Shown one piece after another: positions 27,489 through 39,153 of a stretch of DNA of 64,000 nt. The position numbers were made by a program, and so were the translations under genes. Within the stretch, counting starts at the first letter, position 1. Every line of letters begins with the position of its first letter. The DNA lies in assembly GCF_006345805.1 (NCBI RefSeq), contig NC_043012.1:22878001-22942000 (forward strand). Direction: 5' to 3'. The stretch is from Octopus sinensis. Lineage: Eukaryota. The notes beneath the pieces are model-generated. The model had not been told where the DNA came from. It did no database searches and worked only from the letters and a program-made list of their open reading frames with translations.

Positions 27489-27630
27489 GGTGGGCTTTTT
27501 TTAGTTTCCATCTACCAAATCCACTCACAGCCTGAGATTACAGTAGAAGACACTTGCCCAAGGTGCCACACAGCAGGACTGAACCCAGAACCATGTGGTT
27601 GGGAAGCAAGCTTCTTACTAAACAGCCATG
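26760..27630. mobile_element. Tail-to-tail pair of family-A SINEs (+ 26760-26945; - 26990-27630), the second interrupted at its internal (TA)n by a hairpin element
   Basis: Plus-strand 3' half ends CAATGACAGAGACAAGTAAAAGA. The minus copy has its 3' half at 26990-27225 and 5' half at 27488-27630. Confidence 0.75.
27227..27454. mobile_element. Hairpin element: 52-bp inverted arms, 56-bp spacer with two small hairpins, 68-bp unique tail
   Basis: Arm 27227-27278 pairs with 27335-27386 (4 mismatches by eye). Spacer holds GTGGA-TT-TCCAC and TTCGG-CAT-CCGAA. A second copy lies at 49940-50115. Confidence 0.85.
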
Positions 27631-27913
27631 CCTTGTGCACGCATGTGTGTGTGCACATGTGTGTGTGTATGTGCAAGTGTGCACCTGCACATATATAGAG
27701 ATATACATGCAGTGCCATAAACAAAGAATTCAATAAAATCAACTCTGGTTAATTAGAATGTAAATTACAATTTATTGCAATTGAATATTTGTCTTGATAT
27801 GTTGTATTGGTCTCTGCAAAGAATAAATGGCCACATGTTTGATGCCATTTGTTTCACAGTGAACATCATCTGTGCAGATTGGTGGATGCTCTTCCTTTCA
27901 ATGTAACATATGG

Positions 27914-28579
27914 CTGAGTACTACAGAGTGGAAATGGCAGGACAATCACACACATATATATGCATGTGTGTGTGTGTGGTAACATAGTAAGAAGAGTTTG
28001 CCTTCCAACCATAAGGCTCTGGGTTCAGTCTCACTGCATGGCATCTTGGGCAAGTATCCTCTACTTCAGCCTCAGACCAACCAAAGTTTCCAGTGAATTT
28101 GATAGAGGAAAACTGAAGGAAGCCTACCATGAATATATACATATATATGTAGTGTGTGTGTATGCATACATATATATCTGCATGTATGCATGAAAAAAAT
28201 ACATACATATATATTCACACATACATATACATACATATATATTCTGAGTACTACAGAGTGGAAATGGCAGGACAATCACACACATATATATGCATGTGTG
28301 TGTGGTTACATAGTAAGAAGAGTTTGCCTTCCAACCACAAGGCTCTGGGTTCAGTCTCACTGCATGGCATCTTGGGCAAGTATCCTCTACTTCAGCCTCA
28401 GGCCAACCAAAGTCTCCAGTGAATTTGATAGAGGAAAACTGAAGGAAGCCTATCGTGAATATATACATATATATGTAGTGTGTGTGTGTGTGTATGTGTA
28501 TGTATACATATATATCTGCATGTATGTATGAAAAAAATATATACATATATATTCACACACACATACACACACATATATT
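27914..28579 (+). repeat. Tandem duplication of a ~330-bp unit containing a family-A SINE 5' half
   Basis: CTGAGTACTACAGAGTGGAAATGGCAGGACAATCACACAC starts at 27914 and 28244; the copies differ mainly in microsatellite lengths and a few substitutions. Confidence 0.9.
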
Positions 28580-29096
28580 CTTCCATAGATACATATGTAT
28601 GCTTTTAGTAATGAGTGCAGAAGAAAGAGTAAAAAGTGAATAAATTAAAAATGGAACCGGCAGCTCTATTGTACAAGACTACTGAGACTAGCTTTGTTAC
28701 TATGTACACAGGTACGAAAAATATATAGACTGTTTGCATTAACAGCTGTAATTGCAATAACCATGTTGCTATTTACCTTTTCACAGAAAGATAGGTTAAC
28801 ATTTTCAAGTTGTGCTGAGATGAAAGAACAACAGTGGAAAACTAAAGACTGCAATATTGAGCTGTGACAAACAAGAGGAGTTTATATGTACATGATGGAA
28901 TAACTTAGTTACAAACATTGAAAAGAACGCAAGTAACAAACTGCAATGAAGGTTTTAAATATTTTCAAGTAAAGCAGAAACATATGGTTTTGGAGGCCGA
29001 CTTGCCAGGCAAGTGGTTAGTTCTGAGACTGTGTTGAAACTAAAATGATTGCAGTATGGAAGACGTATCAGCAGTTCAAAAATACACAAAGGATGT

Positions 29097-29506
29097 CAGG
29101 AGTGGCTGTGCGGTAAGTAGTTTGCTTACCAACCACATGGTTCCGGGTTCAGTCCCACTGCGTGGCACCTTGGGCAAGTGTCTTCTACTCTAGCCTCGGG
29201 CCAACCAAAGCCTTGTGAGTGGATTTGGTAGACGGAAACTGAAAGAAGCCCGTCGTATATATGTATATATATGTGTGTGCGTGTATGTTTGTGTGTCTGT
29301 GTTTGTCCCCCTAGCATTGCTTGACAACCGATGCTGGTGTGTTTATGTCCCCGTCACTTAGCGGTTCGGCAAAAGAGACCGATAGAATAAGTACTGGGCT
29401 TACAAAGAATAAGTTCCGAGGTCGAGTTGCTCGATTAAAGGCGGTGCTCCAGCATGGCCGCAGTCAAATGACTGAAACAAATAAAAGAGTAAAAGAGAGT
29501 AAGAGT
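29097..29506 (+). mobile_element. Full-length SINE family A (tRNA head, CORE-like domain, internal TA/TG microsatellite, AAAAGAGT tail)
   Basis: A-box-like TGGCTGTGCGG, B-box-like GGTTCAGTCCC, CORE-like CCTTGGGCAAGTGTCTTCTACT, tail ACTGAAACAAATAAAAGAGTAAAAGAG. Resembles octopus OR-type CORE-SINEs as recalled. Confidence 0.9.
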
Positions 29507-29689
29507 ATTACTTAAATATTTGTTGTCAAAATTATCCTCACATGCACTGCGACCTGGTCATTGACGTAATACCACAGCACCCATTGCATAAATATTTCCC
29601 GTATGCCTATATCTCATGATAAGTTAAATATTATATATATATAGGAAGTGTATGGAGACATTGGGTTAACTAATGGTTTAATAGTCAAT

Positions 29690-29880
29690 TATTAAAAAAG
29701 AGGAAGCTGAAGTACTTTGGTCACATAGTAAGAACACAACGTATACAAAGAATGTGTGGAGGTTTGATTAAAGTCTTGGCAATGGAAAGGCTATGTATCA
29801 GGCGGCAAGACTTACACAGCAGGTGGTGGGAGCTGAAAGGAGATATGTCAGGCAGAGCTACTCCCGGCCACGCAAACTGA
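29690..29880 (+). mobile_element. Small fragment of an RTE-like LINE ORF C-terminus
   Basis: Translates LLKKRKLKYFGHIVRTQRIQ, matching the KRKLxYFGHIxR motif downstream of the RT domain. Confidence 0.55.
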
Positions 29881-29927
29881 ATCACATTAACCTGCTTTAT
29901 TTCTGCACCAACTAATATATATTTGCA

Positions 29928-29959
<32 letters not shown>

Positions 29960-30013
29960 TATATGTCTATATGTGTGTGTGTGTATATATATATTATATA
30001 TATATATATATAA

Positions 30014-30312
30014 TATCATGTAACCGACCAGACCATCAGATGCTGCTACACATCGGTGGTCACAATGCGTTCGCAATGTTTTAGCCTTCGAACGACGCCA
30101 CCCCGCTGGCTAAGCGAGCAGGCCAACAGAAGAAAGAGAGAAAGAGTGGTGAAAGAGTACAGCAGGGATCACCACCCCCTGCCGGAGCCTCGTGGTGCTC
30201 TTTTAGGTGTTTTTGCTCAATAAACACACACAACGCCCGGTCTGGGAATCGAAACCGCAATCCTACGACTGTGAGTCCGCTGCCCTAACCACTGGGCCAT
30301 TGCACCTCCACA
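30014..30312 (-). mobile_element. Full-length tRNA-derived SINE (family C)
   Basis: Minus-strand head TGGCCCAGTGG (A box) ... GGTTTCGATTCCC (B box), a non-tRNA body, CpG-rich, flanked by (TA)n. Related fragment at ~34040-34190. Confidence 0.8.
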
Positions 30313-30340
30313 TGTATAATATATATATATATATATATAT

Positions 30341-30677
30341 AAACGGTAAAGACCCCCTTCGGTCATGAATGACCATGGGATTGCAACTAGAAAGTTACCC
30401 TCCTAGACACAAGTCCGGGCAAGGTTGTTTATGGAAGGCCAGCAGTCGCCCATGCAAACCAGCCTCCCCTCTCCACGCCACCAGTGTTATCCAAGGGAAA
30501 GACAAAGGTCGATACAGCTTGGCACCTGTGACGTCGCAACTCATTTCTACAGCTGAGTGAACTGGTGCAACGTGAAATAAAGTGCCTTGCTCAAGAACAC
30601 AACACGCAGCCCGGTCCGGGATTCGAGCTCACAACCTCACGATCGTAAGCTCGATGCTCTAACCACTGAGCCATGCG

Positions 30678-30680
<3 letters not shown>
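30341..30680 (-). mobile_element. Full-length tRNA-derived SINE (family D)
   Basis: Minus-strand head TGGCTCAGTGG ... GAGCTCGAATCC, then TTGAGCAAGGCACTTTA...CACTCAGCTGTAGAAATGAG body; flanked by (TA)n. Confidence 0.8.
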
Positions 30681-30722
<42 letters not shown>

Positions 30723-31589
30723 ATATGCATATATGTATATATTAGGAGTGGGTATGGGTGTGTGACGAGAAGCTTGCTTCTCAGTCACTTGGTTCCAGAT
30801 TCAGTCCTGCAGTGTAACACCTTGGGCAAGTAACTTCTACCGTAGCTGTGGGCTGACCGAAATCTTGTGAACAGATTTGGTAGACAGAAACTAAAAGAAG
30901 CTGATCATATATATAAATGAATAAATACTTTATTTTTGTGGATTAACAAGGTAACTAATGATTGCACGTGAAGTGATCTTCACAATTGTTCAAAATACCA
31001 CATGGAAGTGTTAGCACTCATTTCCATTGTGTATGAAAATACTGATATATACAACATATATATATATATATATATACATCTGTATGCATGTGGATGTATA
31101 TATATACATACATACATATAAGCTATAATCAAAGTTTAATTTAAAATGTAAACTGTGTTTTAGGTATGTCCCTAGTAGTTTGCTGGCAAAGCACATTCAC
31201 TGGTCATGGCTACCTGCTGTCATCTATGGTAATTGTACAATCATCACTGGATCTCCATTAGGAATTCCTTAGTGCACATTGAGTATAGCAGAAACAATTG
31301 ATATGGAAGATAGAGTATACTGCAAATTTATATATATATATATGTATATATATATACCCTCAAGTCCCTGAAACAGCTGTAAGAATACCTTTCTCTATAA
31401 ATGTCCTAGAAATTTCACACTGCCTTGGTTTTGTTATCTGATTTTATTTAACATATACATGCTCAGACACAACTCGCATTAGACTCCTCACTCATACTAT
31501 TATCGAATCGGGAGTCTAACTACGGTCCTTCCATAGCCTTACCTGCCATTTTGGGTCTTCTGGATACCAAAACCTCTCATATATATATA

Positions 31590-31960
31590 TGTATGAAAAT
31601 TATATATAAAAATACAAAATGGGACAAGAACGCAAAATACACAAAGAGACGACACAAAAAACGGACGGGTCATTCGAAGCCTCTAATCTTCAGTCAGGAA
31701 CCGGATCATCCTAGCAAATTTCGGCTGATTAATCCTGATATTGCTCCTATCCGGCCAGCCCCAAGGAAAAACTAAGCTGCTAGCATTAGATTTCTTGGAA
31801 AAAGGATCGAATGTATACGAAAAAAGGACAGAAAAACGGACGATGCCACACAAATATAAATACAAAAAACAAAAATAAAATTAAAACAAGAATGGTAATA
31901 ACAGGACAAAAACAGCGGGTGTCTTACGACTTTACACAATTTAACTTATCTTAGCTGGCA
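31590..31960 (-). mobile_element. Possible Penelope-like terminal repeat fragment
   Basis: CpG-rich, pyrimidine-rich on the minus strand, ends at (TA)n like the element at 50129-50313, and carries CTGAAGA...TTCGAA. No canonical ribozyme fold. Confidence 0.3.
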
Positions 31961-32219
31961 TATTTTGAAATAAATGCCTTTGCGGCAGACGAAGAAAACG
32001 GTGTTGTCACGGCAGCGGTCAACGGTGGAAAGGCTAGTTGACCGTATATATATATACACACACACACACACAATAAATTCAAATAGAGGTTAGATTAGCT
32101 TCGTTAAGTGATGGTATCACCCAAGGAATTTTCCAGTTGAATACCTAATATTTGTTGAGAATAATAATATTTGTAAAATAAAAGGTTTGTATATAAACCA
32201 TGGTTTATAATCATTTAAA

Positions 32220-32529
32220 ATGAAAAATAAGAAAATGGAGATATAGCATTTAATAAAGATTTATTATCAGCAAAAACCAAAAATAGTCCCTTACAGTTGT
32301 TTCAATTAATCCCAATAAAGATTAAATAAAAGTTATTAAAATAATTGGGGGGGTGGGGGTCAAAATCTTTTCAGAAGGGCAGAAAGAGATTTTTGCCCCC
32401 AAAAATGATTTTAATAACTTTTATTTAATCTTTATTCGGCTTAATTGAAACAGCTGTAAGGGAGTATGTTTCATTTTTGCTGATAATAACTCTTTATTAA
32501 ATGTTATATCTCCATTTTCCATATTTTTC

Positions 32530-32531
<2 letters not shown>
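32220..32531. mobile_element. 312-bp fold-back element (~150-bp arms, ~9-nt loop)
   Basis: ATGAAAAATAAGAAAATGGAGATATAGCATTTAATAAAGATTTATTATCAGCAAAAA... is the near-reverse complement of ...TTTTTGCTGATAATAACTCTTTATTAAATGTTATATCTCCATTTTCCATATTTTTCAT. Pairing continues to a loop at ~32373-32381. Confidence 0.9.
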
Positions 32532-32620
<89 letters not shown>

Positions 32621-33344
32621 CATAAATATTCTGCACATACTAGTTTTATGCCTACAATGTCATTCTAGAGTTGTGAAAAGGAGATCAGCTCAAGGGAAAG
32701 AAGAAAAAGATATATGTCGCCTGTGGGAAGAAAGTGAATGACAGAGAGAGAGAGAGACAGAGGGATAGAGAGATGTGCAGTTAAAGTTTCTGCAAAGAAA
32801 ATGGTTAAATAATAACAAAAATAGAATGGAATCATGAAGAAAAGAAAAAAAAATTGAAAAGTAAAAATGAATATACATTATCAACAACAACAACAACAAA
32901 AGATATCAGTGAGTAGACAAATAAGCTTAGGCTGGTTATAATAGAGTAAGGCCATAGTTGTGGGGTCGCTATTTGGTCTGACCTAACTTATGAAGTGAAT
33001 TCAGGTAAAGAAATTTTGATCAAAACAAAGGAGACATAAAAAAAAAATATTATAGACAAAATAATTGAAATAAGATAATGTAAATATTGCAAAAACAAAA
33101 AAAAAACGAAAGAGAAATTCTATAGAAATAAGAGAATGGTTAAGAAGAGAGAAGAAAATACACAGCACAAAGATCAGATTTGGAAAGCCAAGATTTTTGG
33201 TGGGATAAAACAAAATAGCAGCGAAATGGGATAAAGAGGGAAGAGAATAGATTGAAAGGTTACAGGGTTCAAAGGTTATACGTGAATGGAAGGTGGTAGT
33301 AATAGTAGTAATATCACTAGGATATCTGTATCTATGACATATAA

Positions 33345-33399
33345 TGTATGTGTATTCAGATATATATATTTATATTTATAGCTATCTATCTATAAATAC

Positions 33400-33437
<38 letters not shown>

Positions 33438-33703
33438 CATATATATATATATATTATATATACATATATATACATATATATATATACATAATATATACAT
33501 ATATATATATATATTATATACATATATATATACATACATATATATATATATATACATATCTATATACATATATATATTATATATATATACATATATATAT
33601 AATATATATATATACATATATAATATATATACATATAATATACATATATATATACATATAATATATATATACATATATATATATATATATTATATATATA
33701 TAT

Positions 33704-33739
<36 letters not shown>

Positions 33740-33832
33740 ATATATATATACAATATATACATATATATATACATACATATATATATACATATATAATACA
33801 TATATATATATATTATACATATATATATATAC

Positions 33833-33867
<35 letters not shown>

Positions 33868-33960
33868 CATATATATATACATATTATATATATATATATA
33901 CATATATATATAATATATATATATATATTAATATATATATATATTTATATGTGTGTATAT
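33345..33960. repeat. ~600-bp compound (TA)n/(TACA)n microsatellite (representative; similar tracts at 4785-5297, 9970-10330, 59330-59900)
   Basis: Read directly. Confidence 0.95.
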
Positions 33961-34235
33961 ATATACACACACACATACATATTGGGTGGGTGAATGGTGG
34001 GGGAGTCCAGAGAGTAGAAGCAAGATGCAAACAATGACAAAACACATTATCATTGTATTGACCTGACTGTGAGATGTTGCTTAACACTGCTAGTCACAAT
34101 GCGCTTCCTTGCAGAGTTGTAGCATTCAAATGATCTTACCTTGTTGGTTGGCAAGCAGCATAACACACTCCGCTGAATGGAATGTCAGACAATTGCAGAG
34201 TTACATAAATGTGCATGTGTGCATATATGTATATG

Positions 34236-34284
<49 letters not shown>

Positions 34285-35869
34285 CAAAGGGACTCTGTCT
34301 ACCAAATCTACCCACAGGGCTTTGGTCAACCTTGGGGTATAGTAGTAGAAGACATTTGCTCAATTTCCATGCAATGGGACTGAACCTGAAACCACATGAT
34401 CCTACATTTGAGTTTTACCAAATCCATTTTCAAGGCTTTGGTTGACTTGAGGCTATAGTAGAAGACACTTAGCCCAAAGAACCACCGAAGGGAACTGACC
34501 CCCAAAACCATGTGATTTGGAAGCAAGCTTCTGATTGTTTATTTGTTGAAATAACAATATAGGGTAAGTGTGAGAGGCTGGATAGGGCTGGTTTGAACAC
34601 AGAACACCTAGAATATTTGGAATAGATATTGCCAGTTTAAATACTTGAGCTTTAATAAATGTTGTATTATTATTTTTTCGGTAGAAATTTTTTTTAAAAA
34701 GTAGAAAAAAACATACAAGTGTAATGCTCATAGAATTTCCGTTGCATAAAGTTTTGAAAAATCTTTAATTCATGAAATCTATTCTGATCTTTTCAATTGA
34801 CTACTTGCATACTGAGTTGCTGTCATCACTCATAAACCTTGTCAAATAAATTGCACACAATTTTTATGACTGAATTGCAAACTCTGGAGCACTGTCGGGT
34901 CCTTGTTCTTCAAAACAGAAATCTATTTTAGTCTTTGACCTCAAAACAACCATAATAACAGAACTAAAAATTTAAAAAATAAACAAAAAAACCCCAACAT
35001 TATCAGCTTACATAGAACAAACATGGCTTTGAATATCTCATATATAGTATAAGATTAAACTGTCTATGTATAAACTGTTTTCTCACCTCAAAATTCTGTT
35101 TAGTTATTATTATACACAATGACTTATTCAGGAGAAACTGCAATTCTCATAGGGAATCACAGTTGGCAACAACACCAATAAAGAAAAACAGAAAGAATAT
35201 ATTTCTCTCTTGTGTTTGTCTTTTAAGTTTTATTTCTTCATCCTAATCTAGGATTGGACTTAGCCATTCTTTTTTTATTATTATTATAATTAATAGATAT
35301 TGTAGCTATCTTTCTATATCACACTTATTATTAGGCTGATTATCTAACTGAGAGAACTGTACTAAAAAAATGCTATTAAAGTATTTTAATATTATTTTCT
35401 TTATGCATTTTATATTTTTGCTATATTGATAAACTTTTCCTATTTCCTGATGAATAGGGGAAGAAATTAAATACAAAAAGTAACAATCAAAATTTCTGGG
35501 TAGCATCAGATTTGAGTGTAAAATTAAAATAAACATAAAAAGATGAAAAATATATCACTGATTTTTTTTGATATATAAAATCTAGTGAGTCACACTATAT
35601 TCAAGATAAAGATGGTGTAGTACTCTAGTAAATATGTTTGTACTCTCTGTACTCTCTGTAAAGTGGTTGCAAAAGGAAGAGTGTCCACATTGATACCAAG
35701 TTTAAAACATGAATGAAAGATGATGTTCCAATCCATCTAGGATGGTGCTAACTACAAATAAGAACTTATTGGAACCATGACAACTCATCTGAGCCATATT
35801 AGCATGGAAAGTGGACATATGATGACAATGACGATATGGCCATGCTGAAACAACATAAACTTTAATATA

Positions 35870-36286
35870 TATTTCTTTATTGCCCACAGGGGGCTAAACA
35901 TCAAGAGGACAAACAAAGACAGACAAAGGGATTAAGTCAACTACATCGACCCCAGTATGCATCTGGTACCGAATTTATCGACCCTGAAAGGATGAAAGGC
36001 AAAGTTGACCTTGGCGGAATTTGAACTCAGAAAGTAACGGTAGATGAAATACCTATTTCTATACTACCCACAAGGGGCTAAACACAGAGGGGACAAACAA
36101 GGACAGCCAAACGGATTAAGTCGATTACATCGACCCCAGTGCGTAACTGGTACCTAATTTATCGACCCTGAAAGGATGAAAGGCAAAGTTGACCTTGGCG
36201 GAATTTGAACTCAGAATGTAACGGTAGATGAAATACCGCTAAGCATTTCGCCCGGTGTGCTAACGTTTCTGCCAGCTCGCCGCCTT
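35870..36286 (-). mobile_element. Family-B SINE followed by a head-to-tail second copy of its 3' ~180 bp
   Basis: Full copy ~36053-36286 and partial copy ~35870-36052 share GTTGACCTTGGCGGAATTTGAACTCAGAA-GTAACGGTAGATGAAATAC. Confidence 0.85.
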
Positions 36287-38304
36287 AATATAATTGAAGA
36301 CAAGGAGGAATGAGTAATAACAACGTCTGATGAAGAATATGGAATTGTAAGGAATACTGCGACAAAGATTGAAGAACAGAAAGATTGCGTAGAGGAAGAA
36401 AAGTGGTAAACACTGTTAATGGCGTTGGCGCTGATGTTTGTAGGGTTTAGAATCTGTGAACAGTTTCATTTCATACAAAGACCTTGCTCCAAGCTGTGTC
36501 TGTTAATACCGTTCTATAGCCATGCTGTTGTCTTTAATCTCATTAAAAACTCTAAGGAAATGTTTCTCGTTGCACCGTTAGCTGTTAGAGCAAAATGGCG
36601 AAGACATTATTACATAACTACAATGGGAGGATTTCAGGGGAAAGAGAAAGAAAAGCCGAGAAATAAAGCCTTGAATAGGGAGTAGAAATGGAGGGATCGG
36701 GGGGTGGGGGGGTGAGAAGAAAGGGAAGAAAAGTAGTGTATGATGAATGTAAGTGGGGGGGGGGTGAAATAAAATAGAAAGAACTGGAAAGATAGAGAGA
36801 ACATAGAAGGGTAAGTATAAGGAGAATATGCAAGGGGTGGGGTGGGGGTAATGCCATGTTTGATTATTTTTTTTGTGTTTGTGTACAAGTGAGTGTGATA
36901 TATCTATACCTACCTACACACACATAATGCATATATATATATGTATATATATATGTGTGTGTATACACACAGACACACACGCATATATATATATATATAT
37001 ATATACATACACACACATATGCATATACATCAAGGAAAACAAAATATATTTTGTTGGATTCATGGCATAGTTATGGATTATTTATATATACATATTATAA
37101 TATACATCATATATATAGCATACATATATATAAATATTTTATATATATATGTATTACATAACATATTTATATATATATATATATTACACAGTATACCCAT
37201 CTGTCTATATCTACATCTATCTATCTATATATGAGAGAAAGAGTGAGAGAGAGAGCATGTACTAGTGCATGGCTCTATGACAGAAGTATGAATGTGTGTG
37301 ATTGAAGCGTTGGTATGAGAGCTTGTATGTTCCAGGCTGGAATTCAATTTAAATATTCACAATCAATTTATTGTTGAAAATTGCTAACAACAAAATGGTA
37401 GCATTGAACAACAGCGCCTCTGGAAGATCTCATTCTTTTGAGAATAGAACAGTGTAATAGCTGTAGAGGGAGGAATGGGGGAGGGGTTAGAAGGTGAACA
37501 AGGAAGGGCCTAGGTAGCAGTCATGAGGCTCTTTAGGGGAGTGAGGATGTTGGAAGGAGAGGAAACAAAACAATGTTGGTTATACTGAATGGAAATAAAA
37601 GAAAACTGGAAATTTTTTGAAGAATTAAATGAATCAAATTCTTTAGATATTAAGCATTTTGACAAGTAAAATACAAAAAAAAAACTGTCATTATGTTTAA
37701 TTTGTTTTTATTTTCCATTTCCTTCTTCCCTTGGTGCTACCATACTCAACTTTCATCTTAAACTTCATTTACCACCATCGCTATAATATTCTGTACCATT
37801 TGGTGCACCTCAAGGAATACAATTACCGTTAAGGTCTTTGGTATTTGCAACATTTGGTTAGTTTCTATTATGTATTTTACATACCTAAATAATGAAATGA
37901 AATTAAATACTATAGCTGATATGTGTGTGTACACACACACACACATGATCAGTAAGGCATGAATCTGAAGGAGAAACACACTTAAAGTTATAGAGCAGTG
38001 GAGTAATAAGGTAGAGATAGCCATGGCCGGACTGTGGGGTTACCCAGGGTTTCAAGTCCATGACATATTTAGCTTTATAGCATCTCTTCAGATCATTAGG
38101 ATCTATGTAAGGTGATTGCTACATCTTAACAGATGGTTGCCATCTCTCTGAGATCCCTCATTGTCAATAGCATTTTTGATCTTCCTTCCATGACCTCCCA
38201 GATGATTATTCAGTCCCACTACAAATCTACATGATTTGAAGCATAGGTGACAAACACCCACTCGTTTATATCAATATATAAATACACACATATACTCTTT
38301 TTAC

Positions 38305-38706
38305 TCTTTTACTCTTTTACTTGTTTCAGTCATTTGACTGCGGCCATGCTGGAGCACCACCTTTAGTCGAGCAAATCGACCCCGGGGCTTATTCTTTGTA
38401 AGCCCAGTACTTATTCTATCGCTCTCTTTTGCCGAACTGCTAAGTGACGGGGACGTAAACACACCAGCATCGGTTGTCAAGCAATGCTAGGGGGACAAAC
38501 ACAGACACACAAACACACACATATATATATATATACATATATACAACAGGCCTCTTTCAGTTTCCTTCTACCAAATCCACTCACAAGGGATTGGTCGGCC
38601 CGGGGCTATAGCAGAAGACACTTGCCCAAGATGCCACGCAGTGGGACTGAACCCGGAACCATGTGGTTGGTAAGCAAGCTACTTACCACACAGCCACTCC
38701 TGCGCC
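38305..38706 (-). mobile_element. Full-length, young SINE family A
   Basis: Near-identical to the reverse complement of 29097-29506; CpGs retained; (TTTTACTC)n tail on +. Confidence 0.9.
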
Positions 38707-38859
38707 TATATATATATATATATATATATAAAAATATATATGTATGATCTCTTTTTCTTATAATTGCTCTCTACTCATGTAACACTTTGTTCTGAAACAG
38801 ATGTGTGTATTTTAAGAGGAAATAAGCTGAATTTGAAATTTAAGAAATGTATTAAGAAA

Positions 38860-39153
38860 TGTATTGGTCTCATCTGATTATAATCTGTTCCCCAACAAGG
38901 AAACGCACTTGGCTTGGAACTGGCATCACAGTGAGACTGGCACCATGTCTGGTGTTGGTAACTTTTTTCAGCAATGTCGGGAAAGCTTCTTCACCAATGG
39001 GATCCAAGTGCATTGCAACGCCAACGGAAGAAGTGCATAGACTGCAGGAGTGTGTGTGGAGGAGGGAGGGGGCTGTTGAAAAATAAACCTCATTCGGTCA
39101 CTTTCCATGATAATATAATTGGCCAGCCTGTGAACTATTCAGCCAGGCCTCGA
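38860..39153 (+). mobile_element. Mariner 3' fragment (transposase C-terminus remnant plus 3' TIR)
   Basis: Frameshifted remnant corresponding to DYHLFP...FFTNGI.ALQ.R.KKC.D....VEK; ends GGCCAGCCTGTGAACTATTCAGCCAGGCCTCG, the reverse complement of a mariner-type CGAGG... TIR. Confidence 0.65.

Noticed and set aside
30225-30680. tRNA-like sequences at 30225-30312 and 30605-30680
   Set aside because: A and B boxes are present, but the acceptor stems do not pair and both continue into repeat bodies flanked by (TA)n. They are SINE heads, not tRNA genes.
31660-31740. Possible hammerhead CTGAAGA...TTCGAA...GTC on the minus strand
   Set aside because: No GAAAC, no stem I, and stem II does not abut the core.
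37408-37425. CTCF-like CAGCGCCTCTGG
   Set aside because: One base short of the consensus spacing, and single short motifs are uninformative without binding data.
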